Shown: piece by piece, positions 44,165 to 54,048 of the stretch | Position numbering within the stretch: the first letter of the stretch is position 1 | Layout of the letters: every line of letters begins with the position of its first letter | Assembly (NCBI GenBank): GCA_019634695.1 | Contig: JAHCAW010000004.1 | Span: forward strand, 64,831-128,830 | Length of the DNA stretch: 64,000 nucleotides | Reading direction: 5' to 3' | DNA from: Candidatus Sumerlaeia bacterium | Lineage (GTDB): Bacteria > Sumerlaeota > Sumerlaeia > SLMS01 > JAHLLQ01 | Made by a program: the position numbers and the translations under genes | Notes under the pieces: model-generated | The model's input: only the letters and a program-made list of their open reading frames with translations | The model's database searches: none | What the model was told of the DNA's origin: nothing

Positions 44165-45289
44165 GTGTCGTCGATTCCCTGCACCCGCCGGGCTCTCCAT
44201 GGACCGCTCATGCGCGCCCTGATTCGCACCAAGCGCACCATCGTCCGCCGCCTCTTTCCGCCGCTGGCGGAAAAGGAGCTCCGCCCCCGCCTCGAGGAGT
44301 GGCTGCGCACCGAGGCTCCCGCGCGCCTGGGCATCCCGGCCGATGACTTCGGCACGCTCGAGCGCGCCACCGGCGGCCGCAACGTGGTCATCTTCCGCTG
44401 GACGAATCCGCATCTGGGCGTCGTCTACGCGCGCGGCTGGCGCTACGACGTCACCATGCTTCCCGCTGCCGCGCATGCGACCGTCTCGCGCCTGTACGCC
44501 GGGAACGGCGTGCGCGTGCCCGAACTCCTGCTGGCGGACTCGAGCCCCGCAACGCGTCGCCGCCATCGCATCGAGATCGCCATCGAGCGCGCCGCCCCGG
44601 GCACGGCCCTGGCGCAGCGGGGAACGCCCGACGAGTCCCTTGTCGGCGAGATCGCGCGCCAGCTCGCGCTTATGCACCACGTCGGGAACGATGTCTGGGG
44701 CTGGCCCTGGCAGCCCGAGAATCCCATGGCGCGTCCCGGCCCCTACTGGCGCGACCGTCTGGTGCACCTTCGCCGTCGCATGGCAGGCGCCTATCGCACC
44801 ATCGACGGGGACGAACTCTTCGCAGCGCTCGAACGACTCGTGCCCTCGATCGAGACGGTCTGCGCCGCCACACGCCCGCGCCTCGTTCACGGGGACATCG
44901 CCCCCGTGAACCTGTTCGTCGACGATGCCGACCATGTGACCTGGATCGATTTCGGCACCGTGCACTTCGGCCTGACCGCCACCGACATCGTCTGCATCCG
45001 CCCTTGGATGGAGCGCATCGGCCAGTGGCCGGCGTGCTCGCAGGCCTATCGGGCCGCCGGAGGCCCCGCGCCACTCGACAGCGCAATCGAGGAGTACCGC
45101 GTCGCCGCCGCCCTTTTCGGGCTCGAGAAGCTCCGCGGGGTCTTCAGCGCCGAGTCGCGCACCCGCGCCAAGCCGACTTCCGAGACGGGCCAGCGCGCGA
45201 TCCAGTACGAGCGCCGCCTGGCCGAAGTTCTAGGTCTCGCCGTCCGTCCGGCGCCCGGCCCGGCCCCCGACCCGGATCCCGCCCCATGA
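44165..45289 (+). CDS. Aminoglycoside-phosphotransferase-like kinase family protein
   Basis: APH/choline-kinase catalytic motif: RLVHGDIAPVNLFVDDADHVTWIDFG. The start is uncertain (ATG 44165 or 44210). Confidence 0.65.
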   Translation: MSSIPCTRRALHGPLMRALIRTKRTIVRRLFPPLAEKELRPRLEEWLRTEAPARLGIPADDFGTLERATGGRNVVIFRWTNPHLGVVYARGWRYDVTMLPAAAHATVSRLYAGNGVRVPELLLADSSPATRRRHRIEIAIERAAPGTALAQRGTPDESLVGEIARQLALMHHVGNDVWGWPWQPENPMARPGPYWRDRLVHLRRRMAGAYRTIDGDELFAALERLVPSIETVCAATRPRLVHGDIAPVNLFVDDADHVTWIDFGTVHFGLTATDIVCIRPWMERIGQWPACSQAYRAAGGPAPLDSAIEEYRVAAALFGLEKLRGVFSAESRTRAKPTSETGQRAIQYERRLAEVLGLAVRPAPGPAPDPDPAP

Positions 45290-45517
45290 AAATCTTCGAA
45301 TATTCCCCTTGTGTTCCGGACCGGACGCCCCCACCGTCCCGCCCAACATTGCCGTTCTGACCGTAGGAATGCGGAACTTCTCATAACCTCCTCCACTCCC
45401 TTCTCACGTTTCTCTTCGCTTTTCGTCCGGGTGCTTTGCGTGCCGGTGACGGGTGGCGAGCAGCCAGAACCCGTTGCTTTGCACGGCATGCAATGACCCT
45501 CATGCAGGAAGAACCTC

Positions 45518-46798
45518 ATGACGTTTGAAACGCTGCGGATCGATGTCCGCTGCCAGAAAGTCCTCCGCGAACGCGGAATTGCCACACCCACCCCCATTCA
45601 GGCCCAGGCCATTCCCGTCGCGTTGACGGGGTCGGACTTGGTCGCCATCGCCCAGACGGGCACGGGCAAGACGCTCGCCTTCGGGCTGCCGGCGCTGACG
45701 CGCCTGGCCGGCCTGCCGCGCGGCACCACCGGCATGGTCGTCCTCGCGCCCACGCGCGAACTCGTCCAGCAGGTCCACGACGTGCTCGCCCCCATCGCCC
45801 GGGCCCTTGGGCTCACCACCGCGTGCATCTACGGCGGCGTCGGCATGCAGCCGCAAACCGACGCCCTGCGCCGCGGCGCCTCGATCGTCATCGCGTGCCC
45901 CGGCCGCCTGCTCGATCACATGGCACGCCGCAACACGCGCTTCGAGAACGTCTCCATCCTCGTCCTCGACGAGGCGGACCGCATGCTCGACATGGGCTTC
46001 CTTCCCGACATCCGGCGCGTGCTCGCCGGCCTGCCGACCGAGCGCCAGACCATGATGTTCTCGGCGACCTTCCCGCCCGAGATCGCCGGCCTCGCCGATG
46101 CCATGATGCGTCATCCCGAGCGCGTCGAGGTCGGGCCCGTCGCCCGCCCCGTCGACACCGTTCGCCAGGGCGTCTTCAACGTCGCCCGCGAGGAAAAGGT
46201 CGATCTCCTCAAGCACCTGCTCGCCCAGGACCACGTCGGCCCGACGATCGTCTTCGCGCGCACCAAGCGCGGCACCGATCGCCTTGCCCGCATCCTCACC
46301 ACTGCCGGCTTCGCCGCCGAGTCGCTGCATGGCGGCCACTCGCAGAACCAGCGCACCCGCGCCATCAACGGCTTCCGCAACGGCCGCCATCGCATCCTCG
46401 TCGCCACCGACGTCGCCGCCCGCGGGCTCGACGTCAAAGGCATCAGCCACGTCGTCAACTACGACATCCCCGTCGTGCCCGAAGACTACATCCATCGCAT
46501 CGGCCGAACGGCCCGCGCCCAAGCCACCGGCGAGGCCATCACCTTCGTGACGCCCGACGACACGGTCGCCCTGCGTGACATCGAGCGCACGCTCGGCAAG
46601 CGCCTCGACCGCCAGGATTGGGGTAACGCCCCGCGCACCCACACGCCTGCGCACCTGTCGCAGCCCGCACCGCGTCGCTCGCAATCGACCTCGCGTCCGG
46701 CCGACCGGTCCGCAGGCCCCGCGGCGGCCAGTCGTCGCCCGCGCCCGGCCCGCGTGCACGCCGTCGCTCCCTCGCGCGACGAACGCACCAGCCGCTGA
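45518..46798 (+). CDS. DEAD-box ATP-dependent RNA helicase (RhlE-like) with a basic C-terminal tail
   Basis: Q motif PTPIQ, then AQTGTGKT, VLDEADRMLD, SAT, ILVATDVAARGLD, HRIGRTAR. Confidence 0.9.
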   Translation: MTFETLRIDVRCQKVLRERGIATPTPIQAQAIPVALTGSDLVAIAQTGTGKTLAFGLPALTRLAGLPRGTTGMVVLAPTRELVQQVHDVLAPIARALGLTTACIYGGVGMQPQTDALRRGASIVIACPGRLLDHMARRNTRFENVSILVLDEADRMLDMGFLPDIRRVLAGLPTERQTMMFSATFPPEIAGLADAMMRHPERVEVGPVARPVDTVRQGVFNVAREEKVDLLKHLLAQDHVGPTIVFARTKRGTDRLARILTTAGFAAESLHGGHSQNQRTRAINGFRNGRHRILVATDVAARGLDVKGISHVVNYDIPVVPEDYIHRIGRTARAQATGEAITFVTPDDTVALRDIERTLGKRLDRQDWGNAPRTHTPAHLSQPAPRRSQSTSRPADRSAGPAAASRRPRPARVHAVAPSRDERTSR

Positions 46799-46822
46799 CG
46801 CGCCAACACCGTAGCACACAAC

Positions 46823-46863
46823 GCCTCGGCCGCCGAACTCCGTTCGGCGGCCGAGGCGCTTTT
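46823..46863 (+). terminator. Rho-independent terminator of the helicase gene
   Basis: Perfect 16-bp stem GCCTCGGCCGCCGAAC-tcc-GTTCGGCGGCCGAGGC followed by GCTTTTC, 25 nt after the stop. Confidence 0.8.
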
Positions 46864-47012
46864 CAGTCCTGATCGCGGTGCCCTGCACGACATCGCCGCG
46901 AATCGCTGAGAATACGCTCCAAGAGGACAGACGGGTCCTATACGACCCGTGCGTCCCCTACAACGCGTTGCAGCCCTGCGTCAGAATCAACGTCGCCCAG
47001 AAGGGGCGCTGC

Positions 47013-48158
47013 TCACTCCTCGCCGAGCAGCTTGCGCACCTTCTCGACCTTCGGCACCGCCACGGCGCGGATGTACGAATTGCCCGGATTGCGCTCCGCG
47101 TAGTTCTGGTGGTAATCCTCGGCGGGGTAGAACGCCTCCAGCGGTTCGAGCGTCGTCACGATCGGCTTGCGGTGCGCGCCCGAAGCGCCCAGGCGCGCGA
47201 TGAAGTCCTCGGCGATCTTGCGCTGCCTGTCGTCGGCATAGAAGACCGTCGAGCGATACTGTGGTCCCACGTCGTTGCCCTGGCGGTTCAGCGTCGTCGG
47301 ATCGTGCGTCGAGAAGTGAATCTCCAACAGGCGCTCGTAGCTCACCCGCGCCGGGTCGTACACCAGTCGCACCGCCTCGGCGTGCTTCGTTTGTCCGGTG
47401 CAAACCGTTTCGTAGTTCGCCGTCTCCGCCGTCCCGCCCGAGTAGCCGCTCGTCGCCGAAATCACGCCGTCCACTTGCAGGAACACCGCCTCGACGCACC
47501 AGAAGCATCCGCCCGCCACGACGGCCTCCTCGAGCACCGGCGCCTGCTGCGCCAGCGGCATTGCCTTGATCTGCTCCAGCGGCACGAAGTCCAACGCCGC
47601 CGAGTTGATGCAGTAGCGCAGCCCCGTCGGCCGCGGACCGTCCGGGAACACGTGCCCCAGATGCCCGTCGCACCGCGCGCACAAGGTCTCCGTGCGCACC
47701 ATCCCGAAGCTGCGATCGGTCCGCTCCGCCACGTTCTCGCGCGCGATCGGCTGGAACCAACTCGGCCAGCCCGTGCCCGAATCGAACTTCGCCGCCGTGT
47801 GGAACAGCGGCAACGCGCACCCGCCGCACACGTAGACCCCCTCGTCGGCGTTCTTCAGCAACCCGCCGCAGAAGGCTGGCTCCGTCCCGTGCTGGCGCAG
47901 AATGCGGAACCGCTCGTCGTCCTTCAGCCGTACGCGCCACTCCGCATCCGACAGCCGAAGCTTCGTCGTCAGCACCGGCCCCGTTGCCTCGCCATCCGGC
48001 CCCACCAGTCGCACCACCACCGTCTCCACCTGACCCGGCCGATTCGTGTTTGCAGCCACGGATTCCTCGTCCTTTCCGGCACCCCGGGCTCCCAGATTCC
48101 AGCCGGCCACCACGATGGCTGCCAGCAGGAGGACCCAGACGGCGACGCGCGCGTTCAT
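47013..48158 (-). CDS. Exported bifunctional peptide methionine sulfoxide reductase (MsrB-MsrA fusion)
   Basis: N-terminal signal anchor: [14 protein letters not shown]. MsrB motifs: [27 protein letters not shown]. MsrA motifs: [17 protein letters not shown], and a DYHQNY-type end. The start was trimmed to ATG 48158. Confidence 0.9.
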   Translation of the reverse strand: MNARVAVWVLLLAAIVVAGWNLGARGAGKDEESVAANTNRPGQVETVVVRLVGPDGEATGPVLTTKLRLSDAEWRVRLKDDERFRILRQHGTEPAFCGGLLKNADEGVYVCGGCALPLFHTAAKFDSGTGWPSWFQPIARENVAERTDRSFGMVRTETLCARCDGHLGHVFPDGPRPTGLRYCINSAALDFVPLEQIKAMPLAQQAPVLEEAVVAGGCFWCVEAVFLQVDGVISATSGYSGGTAETANYETVCTGQTKHAEAVRLVYDPARVSYERLLEIHFSTHDPTTLNRQGNDVGPQYRSTVFYADDRQRKIAEDFIARLGASGAHRKPIVTTLEPLEAFYPAEDYHQNYAERNPGNSYIRAVAVPKVEKVRKLLGEE

Positions 48159-48238
48159 GTCGAATGCTTCCTCTTGTCGAACTCGAGGCGACCTTGCGCC
48201 TCCCCCCGCCGTCGAGCCAAACCCATGCCAGCGTCGAG

Positions 48239-49486
48239 ATGAAGCCGACCCGTGTTGACCCGCCCCGCCCCGCCCCGGCATCCTCCGCCAGCCATTCGTC
48301 CGCACGGAGCCACCGCGTGCCCTCTGCCCATCATCGGACCCTCCCCCTGCTGACCGCCCTCCTACTGGCAGGCGCCGCGGCACACGCCCAAGTCCTGGCC
48401 ATCATGTACCACGCCCACCCCAACCTGGGCTACGACCAGAACAACTTCCGCGACCACATGGACTTCCTGGTCGAGAACGGGTTCCATTCCATCACGATGG
48501 ACCAGTTCTACGATTGGCACCAGTTCGACGCCCCCCTGCCCCTGCGCCCCGTCCTCCTCACCGTCGACGACAACTATCTCCAGGGCTACACGGAGATGTA
48601 TCCCATCTTCGCCGAGCGTGGCCTCGTCGCCATCAACTACACGCACACGCTGGGCATTGGTATCGGCGCCCCGAAGGCCAGTTGGGAGCAGGTGCGCGAG
48701 ATGGACGCCGCCGGCGTCTTCCTGCTCGAGTCCCACTCGCGCACGCATCCCGACCTGACAACCCGCACCACCGAGCAGCTCGTCTCCGAAATCGCCGGTT
48801 CGAAGCAGGATATCCTCACCATCGGCGGCAAGGTCAGCCATCACTTCTGCTATCCCTACGGGCGCTACAACCAGGCCGTCATCGACCAGTGCATCGCCGC
48901 CGGCTATCGCACCGCGATCACCACCAATGCAGGGCTCAACTATCGCACCACGCCTCTGTTTGAGCTGGTCCGCTACGGCGGCGACGGCAAGACGCTCGAG
49001 CAACTCAAGACCACCATCGGCTTCGCGAACTATCCGCCCGCGCCTCCCGGCCCGGGATGGATACTCGACGACGCGGATCCGCACGCCTATTACGATCCCG
49101 CGCGCTGGAGCGTCTCGACCAGCCCCACCGGCTTCTACGGCGCGGGCAATCGCGTGCGGGCCGCAGGCGCCTCCGGCGTCATGCGCTGGGCCGCCATCCT
49201 GCCGCAGACCGGCCGCATGGCCGTCCATGCGCGCTGGACATCGAATACGACGCGCGCCAGCGATGCCCTCTACGTCGTGCGCAACCTTGCCGGCGACACC
49301 GAGATCGTCGTCGACCAACGCACCAGTGGCGGCCAATGGGTCGAACTCGGCGTCTTCGACTTCGCCGCCGACGAGCCCGTCGAGGTTCTGCTCGGCGCCG
49401 GCACCAGCGGTTCGCTCTCCGCCGACGCCCTCTGGTTCGAGCCCCGCACGCCCCAACCCACCTCAAGCCTGTGGGTGATTCACTGA
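48239..49486 (+). CDS. Secreted polysaccharide deacetylase (NodB homology) with a C-terminal golvesin-like domain
   Basis: Signal peptide: [15 protein letters not shown]. NodB motifs: [27 protein letters not shown]. The C-terminal pattern [19 protein letters not shown]...[11 protein letters not shown]...ADALWF resembles the insertion in the two amidase paralogs. The start is uncertain. Confidence 0.75.
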   Translation: MKPTRVDPPRPAPASSASHSSARSHRVPSAHHRTLPLLTALLLAGAAAHAQVLAIMYHAHPNLGYDQNNFRDHMDFLVENGFHSITMDQFYDWHQFDAPLPLRPVLLTVDDNYLQGYTEMYPIFAERGLVAINYTHTLGIGIGAPKASWEQVREMDAAGVFLLESHSRTHPDLTTRTTEQLVSEIAGSKQDILTIGGKVSHHFCYPYGRYNQAVIDQCIAAGYRTAITTNAGLNYRTTPLFELVRYGGDGKTLEQLKTTIGFANYPPAPPGPGWILDDADPHAYYDPARWSVSTSPTGFYGAGNRVRAAGASGVMRWAAILPQTGRMAVHARWTSNTTRASDALYVVRNLAGDTEIVVDQRTSGGQWVELGVFDFAADEPVEVLLGAGTSGSLSADALWFEPRTPQPTSSLWVIH

Positions 49487-49547
49487 CGTGACGGCATGAT
49501 GACGGGCCGCAACGACGACGTCGCGGCCCGCAGGCGCAACAACGCGC

Positions 49548-50711
49548 TCAGTCGATGTGGAACAGATCCAACTCGACGGCCACCGTCGCTGCTTCCAACG
49601 GCATCGCCGTCAGCCACAGCGCGTTCAGGTTGTCCGTCGCCGCCAGCCCAAGGGTGACATGCGACGCGATCACAGTCGGTGCCGCCGTTCCGCCCAGGTC
49701 CAGCAACAACAAGTCGCCCGGCGTGGCCGGGATCGTTGAAAGCGAGGGCGAGCCGGGAGCCAGCGACGCCACGGCGTAGCCCATCACATTGTACGGGGAC
49801 GTCGCGCTGGCAAGGTCCACGTAGAGCGCGTCGATCACGTCGTTCACCACCAGGCCCAGAGTGCTGTACGAGAAGGCGACCACCGGATCCGGAGCCGGCA
49901 CCGCCAACGCTCCTGCGCCCGGCACACAGATGTCCGCGCCGCTCGACACGCTGCTGGGCAGACCGCCCGGTGCGCCCGGCCGCAGGCAGAAGAACACCAT
50001 CGGCATATCCGGCGAGCCGTCGCCGTCCGTATCGATGATCACGCCCGTGAACGGAAAGGGCTCGTTGAGGATCAGGCCATCGAGATCGTCCGACGTCGCC
50101 AACCCCAGCGCGCCCTCATCCACCAACAGGGTGTTCGTCCCGGTGCGCGCCGACTCGAACACGTCGCCCGAGGCTTCGCCCAGCGCCGCCTCCGTCGCCA
50201 CATTCGGCGGGAACGGTCCCGGCACGCCCAAGGCCGCCGTGTCCACGGAGAACTGCACGAACCACGGAATCGCCATCGCGATCATCTCGGGAATGTCCAG
50301 CGACAGCGGATCGTTGAGCGCGAGCGCCCCCACGTCGGCCGACTCCGACGCCGTGCGGATCGTCAGGTCCAGCGGGGACAACGGCATGATCCCCGGCACC
50401 GAACCTCCATCATCGATCGCCTTCCCGTTCGTCGGCGTCGGCGGCCCGTTCGGCAACGCCACTTGGAACACGTCGTCCTCGGCGGTATCGAACGTCCCCG
50501 TCTCGCCGGCGATCACTTCCTGCGCCACCTCGTTGGCCACGCCGCTTCCCGCAAGGCCCGCGGCCGAGGCCGTGTCCCCCACGCTGAAGCAGGCGAAGTC
50601 CACCTGGGGCGACCAGACGCTGTCCGCCGCCCATGCGCCCGCGGCGAGGCACAACACTCCCGCCACCGCCCATGGACCGGCACGCGCGTCCTTCTTCCAT
50701 CTGCAAGGCAT
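49548..50711 (-). CDS. Secreted hypothetical acidic protein
   Basis: Signal peptide: WAVAGVLCLAAGAWA. It is rich in Asp, Gly and Pro (IIDTDGDGSPD). I recognise no family. The start was trimmed to ATG 50711. Confidence 0.5.
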   Translation of the reverse strand: MPCRWKKDARAGPWAVAGVLCLAAGAWAADSVWSPQVDFACFSVGDTASAAGLAGSGVANEVAQEVIAGETGTFDTAEDDVFQVALPNGPPTPTNGKAIDDGGSVPGIMPLSPLDLTIRTASESADVGALALNDPLSLDIPEMIAMAIPWFVQFSVDTAALGVPGPFPPNVATEAALGEASGDVFESARTGTNTLLVDEGALGLATSDDLDGLILNEPFPFTGVIIDTDGDGSPDMPMVFFCLRPGAPGGLPSSVSSGADICVPGAGALAVPAPDPVVAFSYSTLGLVVNDVIDALYVDLASATSPYNVMGYAVASLAPGSPSLSTIPATPGDLLLLDLGGTAAPTVIASHVTLGLAATDNLNALWLTAMPLEAATVAVELDLFHID

Positions 50712-50944
50712 GACAGCCCTCCTTTCACGGTTTGGGAACCCGCTACCGCACTTCGTCGCGCCAGGCAATCTTTATTCCGTGTGCGGATAAGTGAAGTCCG
50801 ATTAGCGCTCGCCTCAGGGACGCCGACACGCCACCGCCCGCCGGGCCCCGCCGCAGCGATTCCGGGCCCCGTCGTTATCCTTGCCTCAGCCGACATGGGC
50901 TTCTAATCACACGTACGATCCGGCGCGCCCTCCCGAGCCTCCGC

Positions 50945-51385
50945 ATGCCCTCCCGCAAACCCGCGAAGCAGCCTCCCACCGAACCGCCGAAGCTCCTCTC
51001 CGGCGGCAACCCGCAAATCCCCAAGGGCGACGGCGACGCCCCCGTCCAGGCCTACATCGCCGCCATGCCAGGCTGGAAACAAGCTGTCGGCCGCCGCCTC
51101 GACGACCTCATCGCCCGCACCGTCCCCGACGTCCACAAGGCCGTGAAGTGGAACACCCCGCTGTACGGCCTGAAAGGCCAGGGCTGGTTCCTCAGCTTCC
51201 ACTGTTTCGACCGCTACATCAAGGTCGCCTTCTTCCGCGGAACGTCCCTGCGCCCCATCCCCCCGGTCGAGTCGAAGCAGAACGAGGTCCGCTACTTCCA
51301 CATCCACGAGACCGACACGCTCGACGACGCGCAGTTCGCCTCCTGGGTGAAGCAGGCCAGCGAACTGCCGGGGGAGAAATTGTAA
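50945..51385 (+). CDS. DUF1801 (YdhG-like) domain protein
   Basis: VQAYIAAMPGWKQAVGRRLDDLI...KWNTPLYGLKGQGWFLSFHCFDRYIKVAFF matches the DUF1801 pattern. Confidence 0.75.
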   Translation: MPSRKPAKQPPTEPPKLLSGGNPQIPKGDGDAPVQAYIAAMPGWKQAVGRRLDDLIARTVPDVHKAVKWNTPLYGLKGQGWFLSFHCFDRYIKVAFFRGTSLRPIPPVESKQNEVRYFHIHETDTLDDAQFASWVKQASELPGEKL

Positions 51386-51441
51386 CGCCTGTTCGGACAG
51401 GAAGCGGCATCAGGAAGAACCCCGAAGGAGTCTTCGACACC

Positions 51442-51648
51442 ATGCCCTATGTCAACGTCCGCATCACCAAGGACGGCGTCACCGCCGACCAGAAACGTGC
51501 GATCGTGGAGGAAATCACCGCCACGCTCTGCCGCGTGCTCGGCAAGCGCCCTGAGCACACCCACATCGTCATCGACGAAATCGATCCCGAGAACTGGGGC
51601 TACGCCGGTATGCTGACCAACGAGTGGCGCAGCCGCCCGCGCGAGTGA
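51442..51648 (+). CDS. 4-oxalocrotonate tautomerase family protein
   Basis: The 68-aa product starts MPYVNVRITKDGVTADQKRAIVEEIT, with the catalytic Pro1 context. Trimmed from track ORF 50881..51648. Confidence 0.8.
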   Translation: MPYVNVRITKDGVTADQKRAIVEEITATLCRVLGKRPEHTHIVIDEIDPENWGYAGMLTNEWRSRPRE

Positions 51649-51751
51649 CGCCGCCCGATTCCGCTTGGGCCGTCCGGCCGCTGGCGGTCAGACTGGGGGC
51701 TCGGCCCCGCCGTGGCGGCGGGGGAGTCCCGACTACGGAGGAGAGGTCCCC

Positions 51752-53191
51752 ATGTACACATCTCTTGGCGCCTGGTGCGCCCTTGGTGCCTTGGCCGCCA
51801 TGGCCCTGATGACCGGTTGCGCGGCCGCGCCGCGAAGCGTTCCGCCCATCGACCGGCCTGCGCCCGAGCTGCGACGCGACACGCGCAACCACGCCAAACC
51901 CATCACCGTCTGGTTCGACGCCACGGCCAATTGGGAACGCCTGATGACGCGCGAAGGTGTCGCCGCCATGATGGACAAGTGCGTCGCCGCCGGCGTCGAT
52001 GCTGTCGTGATCGACGTCAAGCCGATCTCCGGCCATGTGCTGCACAACTCGCGCCTGGCGCCGAAGCTGCTCGAGTGGAAGGGCGTCCCGCATGTCGATC
52101 CGGACTACGATCTGCTTGCCGTCGCGATCGACGAGGGCCGGCGCCGCGGGCTCAAGGTGCTCGCCTCGCTCAACATCTTCGCCGAGGGCCACATCGGGTC
52201 CGACGAAGCGGGCGTCGCGCGTCACGGCAACCTGCTCGACGATCCGCGCATGGCCGATTGGGTCAGCATCGACTACGTCGTGCCGCAGGGCGCGACGGCG
52301 CCGGCCTTTGTGCCCGCCACGCAGGGCGTGCGCGGCCACGCCATGTTCGTCAGCGCCGCGAACCGCGAGGCCGTCGCGTACCAGATGGCGCTGCTGCGCG
52401 AGGTCGCCGCCTATCCCGGGCTCGACGGCATCTGTCTGGACCGCTGCCGCTGGTCGGGCGCCACGGCGGACTTTTCGCCCGCCGCGCGCGCCGGCTTCGA
52501 GGCATGGCTCGGCCATCCCGTCGCCAACTGGCCCGAGGACATTCTGCGCTGGGTGCGCGAGGACGCCACCGACGATCAGCCCATCGGCGACGAGGCCGAG
52601 CGCACCGCCCGCGGCGTCGAGGCACGCTTCGCCATGGAACGCGGCCCGCTCTGGCAGCGTTGGATCGTCTGGCGCGCGCAAGTCATCCACGACCTCATCA
52701 TCGAGGCCCGCAACGTCATCCTCGGCACCAACCCGGACCTCGTCTTCGCCAACTACACCGGCGCGTGGTACGCGAGCTACTACGGCGAGGGACTCAACTG
52801 GGCCTCGCCGCGCTACAACCCGGCCGACGACTACGACTGGGCCCTGCCCGAATACCAGCAGACCGCCTTCGCCCATCTGCTCGATCACCTCTACCATGGC
52901 TGGTACTACACCGACGTGACCGAGGAGCAGGCCCGCGCCAACAATCGCCCCGCCTGGGCCAGCATGGAAGGCACCGCACGCCTGGTCGACGACATCATCC
53001 TCGGCGACGTCCCCGTCCACGGCGGGCTCTATCTCTTCCAGTACCAGGGCAACCCGGAGCTCTTCCGCCAATGCATGCGCGCCGCCTACGACGGCAGCCA
53101 GGGCCTCATGCTCTTCGACCTCATCTACCTCGAGGACTACGACTGGTGGGACGAAATCCCGCGCACGTTTCCGGAGCGGAAGCAGCCCTGA
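51752..53191 (+). CDS. Lipoprotein, glycoside-hydrolase-like family 10 (GHL10/DUF187-like TIM barrel)
   Basis: Lipobox: ALMTGCAA. ITVWFDATANW...CVAAGVDAVVIDVKPISGHVLHNS...RRRGLKVLASLNIF resembles GHL10. ATG 51752 follows GGAGGAGAGG. Confidence 0.55.
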   Translation: MYTSLGAWCALGALAAMALMTGCAAAPRSVPPIDRPAPELRRDTRNHAKPITVWFDATANWERLMTREGVAAMMDKCVAAGVDAVVIDVKPISGHVLHNSRLAPKLLEWKGVPHVDPDYDLLAVAIDEGRRRGLKVLASLNIFAEGHIGSDEAGVARHGNLLDDPRMADWVSIDYVVPQGATAPAFVPATQGVRGHAMFVSAANREAVAYQMALLREVAAYPGLDGICLDRCRWSGATADFSPAARAGFEAWLGHPVANWPEDILRWVREDATDDQPIGDEAERTARGVEARFAMERGPLWQRWIVWRAQVIHDLIIEARNVILGTNPDLVFANYTGAWYASYYGEGLNWASPRYNPADDYDWALPEYQQTAFAHLLDHLYHGWYYTDVTEEQARANNRPAWASMEGTARLVDDIILGDVPVHGGLYLFQYQGNPELFRQCMRAAYDGSQGLMLFDLIYLEDYDWWDEIPRTFPERKQP

Positions 53192-53213
53192 CGCGCCGTC
53201 CCGGCGCACGCCG

Positions 53214-53908
53214 CACTTCTGTACCCCGAGCGCCAGCGAGGTGGCATGCCTCCGTCCACCCGCCGGCGTCGCCCGCGTCGGAGCGGCTCAGGAGGATGCC
53301 CACACGTGGATCTTCGCTTCCAGCCCGACGGGCCGTGCGCCTACTTCATCTCATTCAGGACCTACGGGACATGGTTGCACGGCGACGAACGAGGTTCGAC
53401 CGACCGCCGCAGCAGTCGATACGGCGCACCCCTGCTTCCGCCCAATCCGCGCTTCGAGCGGCTACGACGTGGCCGACTCACGCAGCCCCCCACGCTGCTG
53501 GGACACGGCGCCCGCATGTGTGTGGAGCGCGCCATCCGCGAGACTTGCACGCACAGGACATGGAGGCTCCACGCCCTTTCCGTTCGCAGCAACCATGTCC
53601 ATGTAGTGCTGACCGCGCCCGAGCAGAAGCCTGAGCCCGTCATGGGTAGCCTGAAGGCTTGGGCGACACGCCGCTTGCGGCAAGCGGGGCACTTCGACAC
53701 GGCTGTCCGCATCTGGTCGCACCATGGGAGCACCAGATACCTCTGGAACGAGGCGGACATCCTGAGCTGCTGTGAGTATGTCTTGGAATGCCAAGGGGAT
53801 GGTCCCGCCGAAGAACTGTGATTGCCCCGGCCAAGGGTACTGGTGGAGACAGGATGCGGTGGGTGGGCTGAGGCATGCCGCCTCGCTTGCGCTCGGGGTA
53901 CAGAAGTG
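53214..53908 (+). mobile_element. RAYT/IS200-like unit: a Y1 (HUH) transposase gene flanked by 51-bp imperfect inverted repeats
   Basis: Left repeat (53214-53264): CACTTCTGTACCCCGAGCGCCAGCGAGGTGGCATGCCTCCGTCCACCCGCC. Reverse complement of the right repeat (53858-53908): CACTTCTGTACCCCGAGCGCAAGCGAGGCGGCATGCCTCAGCCCACCCACC. They match at 46 of 51 positions by my alignment. Confidence 0.7.
53306..53821 (+). CDS. REP-associated tyrosine transposase-like protein (IS200/IS605 Y1 HUH family)
   Basis: YFISFRTYGTWLHGDERGS, the HUH motif in RSNHVHVVL, and a C-terminal Tyr context GSTRYLWNE. GTG 53306 follows GGAGGA. The track ATG 53246 lies inside the left inverted repeat. Confidence 0.7.
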   Translation: MDLRFQPDGPCAYFISFRTYGTWLHGDERGSTDRRSSRYGAPLLPPNPRFERLRRGRLTQPPTLLGHGARMCVERAIRETCTHRTWRLHALSVRSNHVHVVLTAPEQKPEPVMGSLKAWATRRLRQAGHFDTAVRIWSHHGSTRYLWNEADILSCCEYVLECQGDGPAEEL

Positions 53909-54048
53909 ATGGCGTGCAAGAGTGGGGGACCAGATGCGGGCGTGGCAATGAGGGGCGCGGGTCCACGGGGATCGGCTGATGGCATCGCCCGTATGGTGGC
54001 ATGCCGCTCGCTGAGAGCGTCCAACCAGCAGGGAAGGGTCGGTTCACC

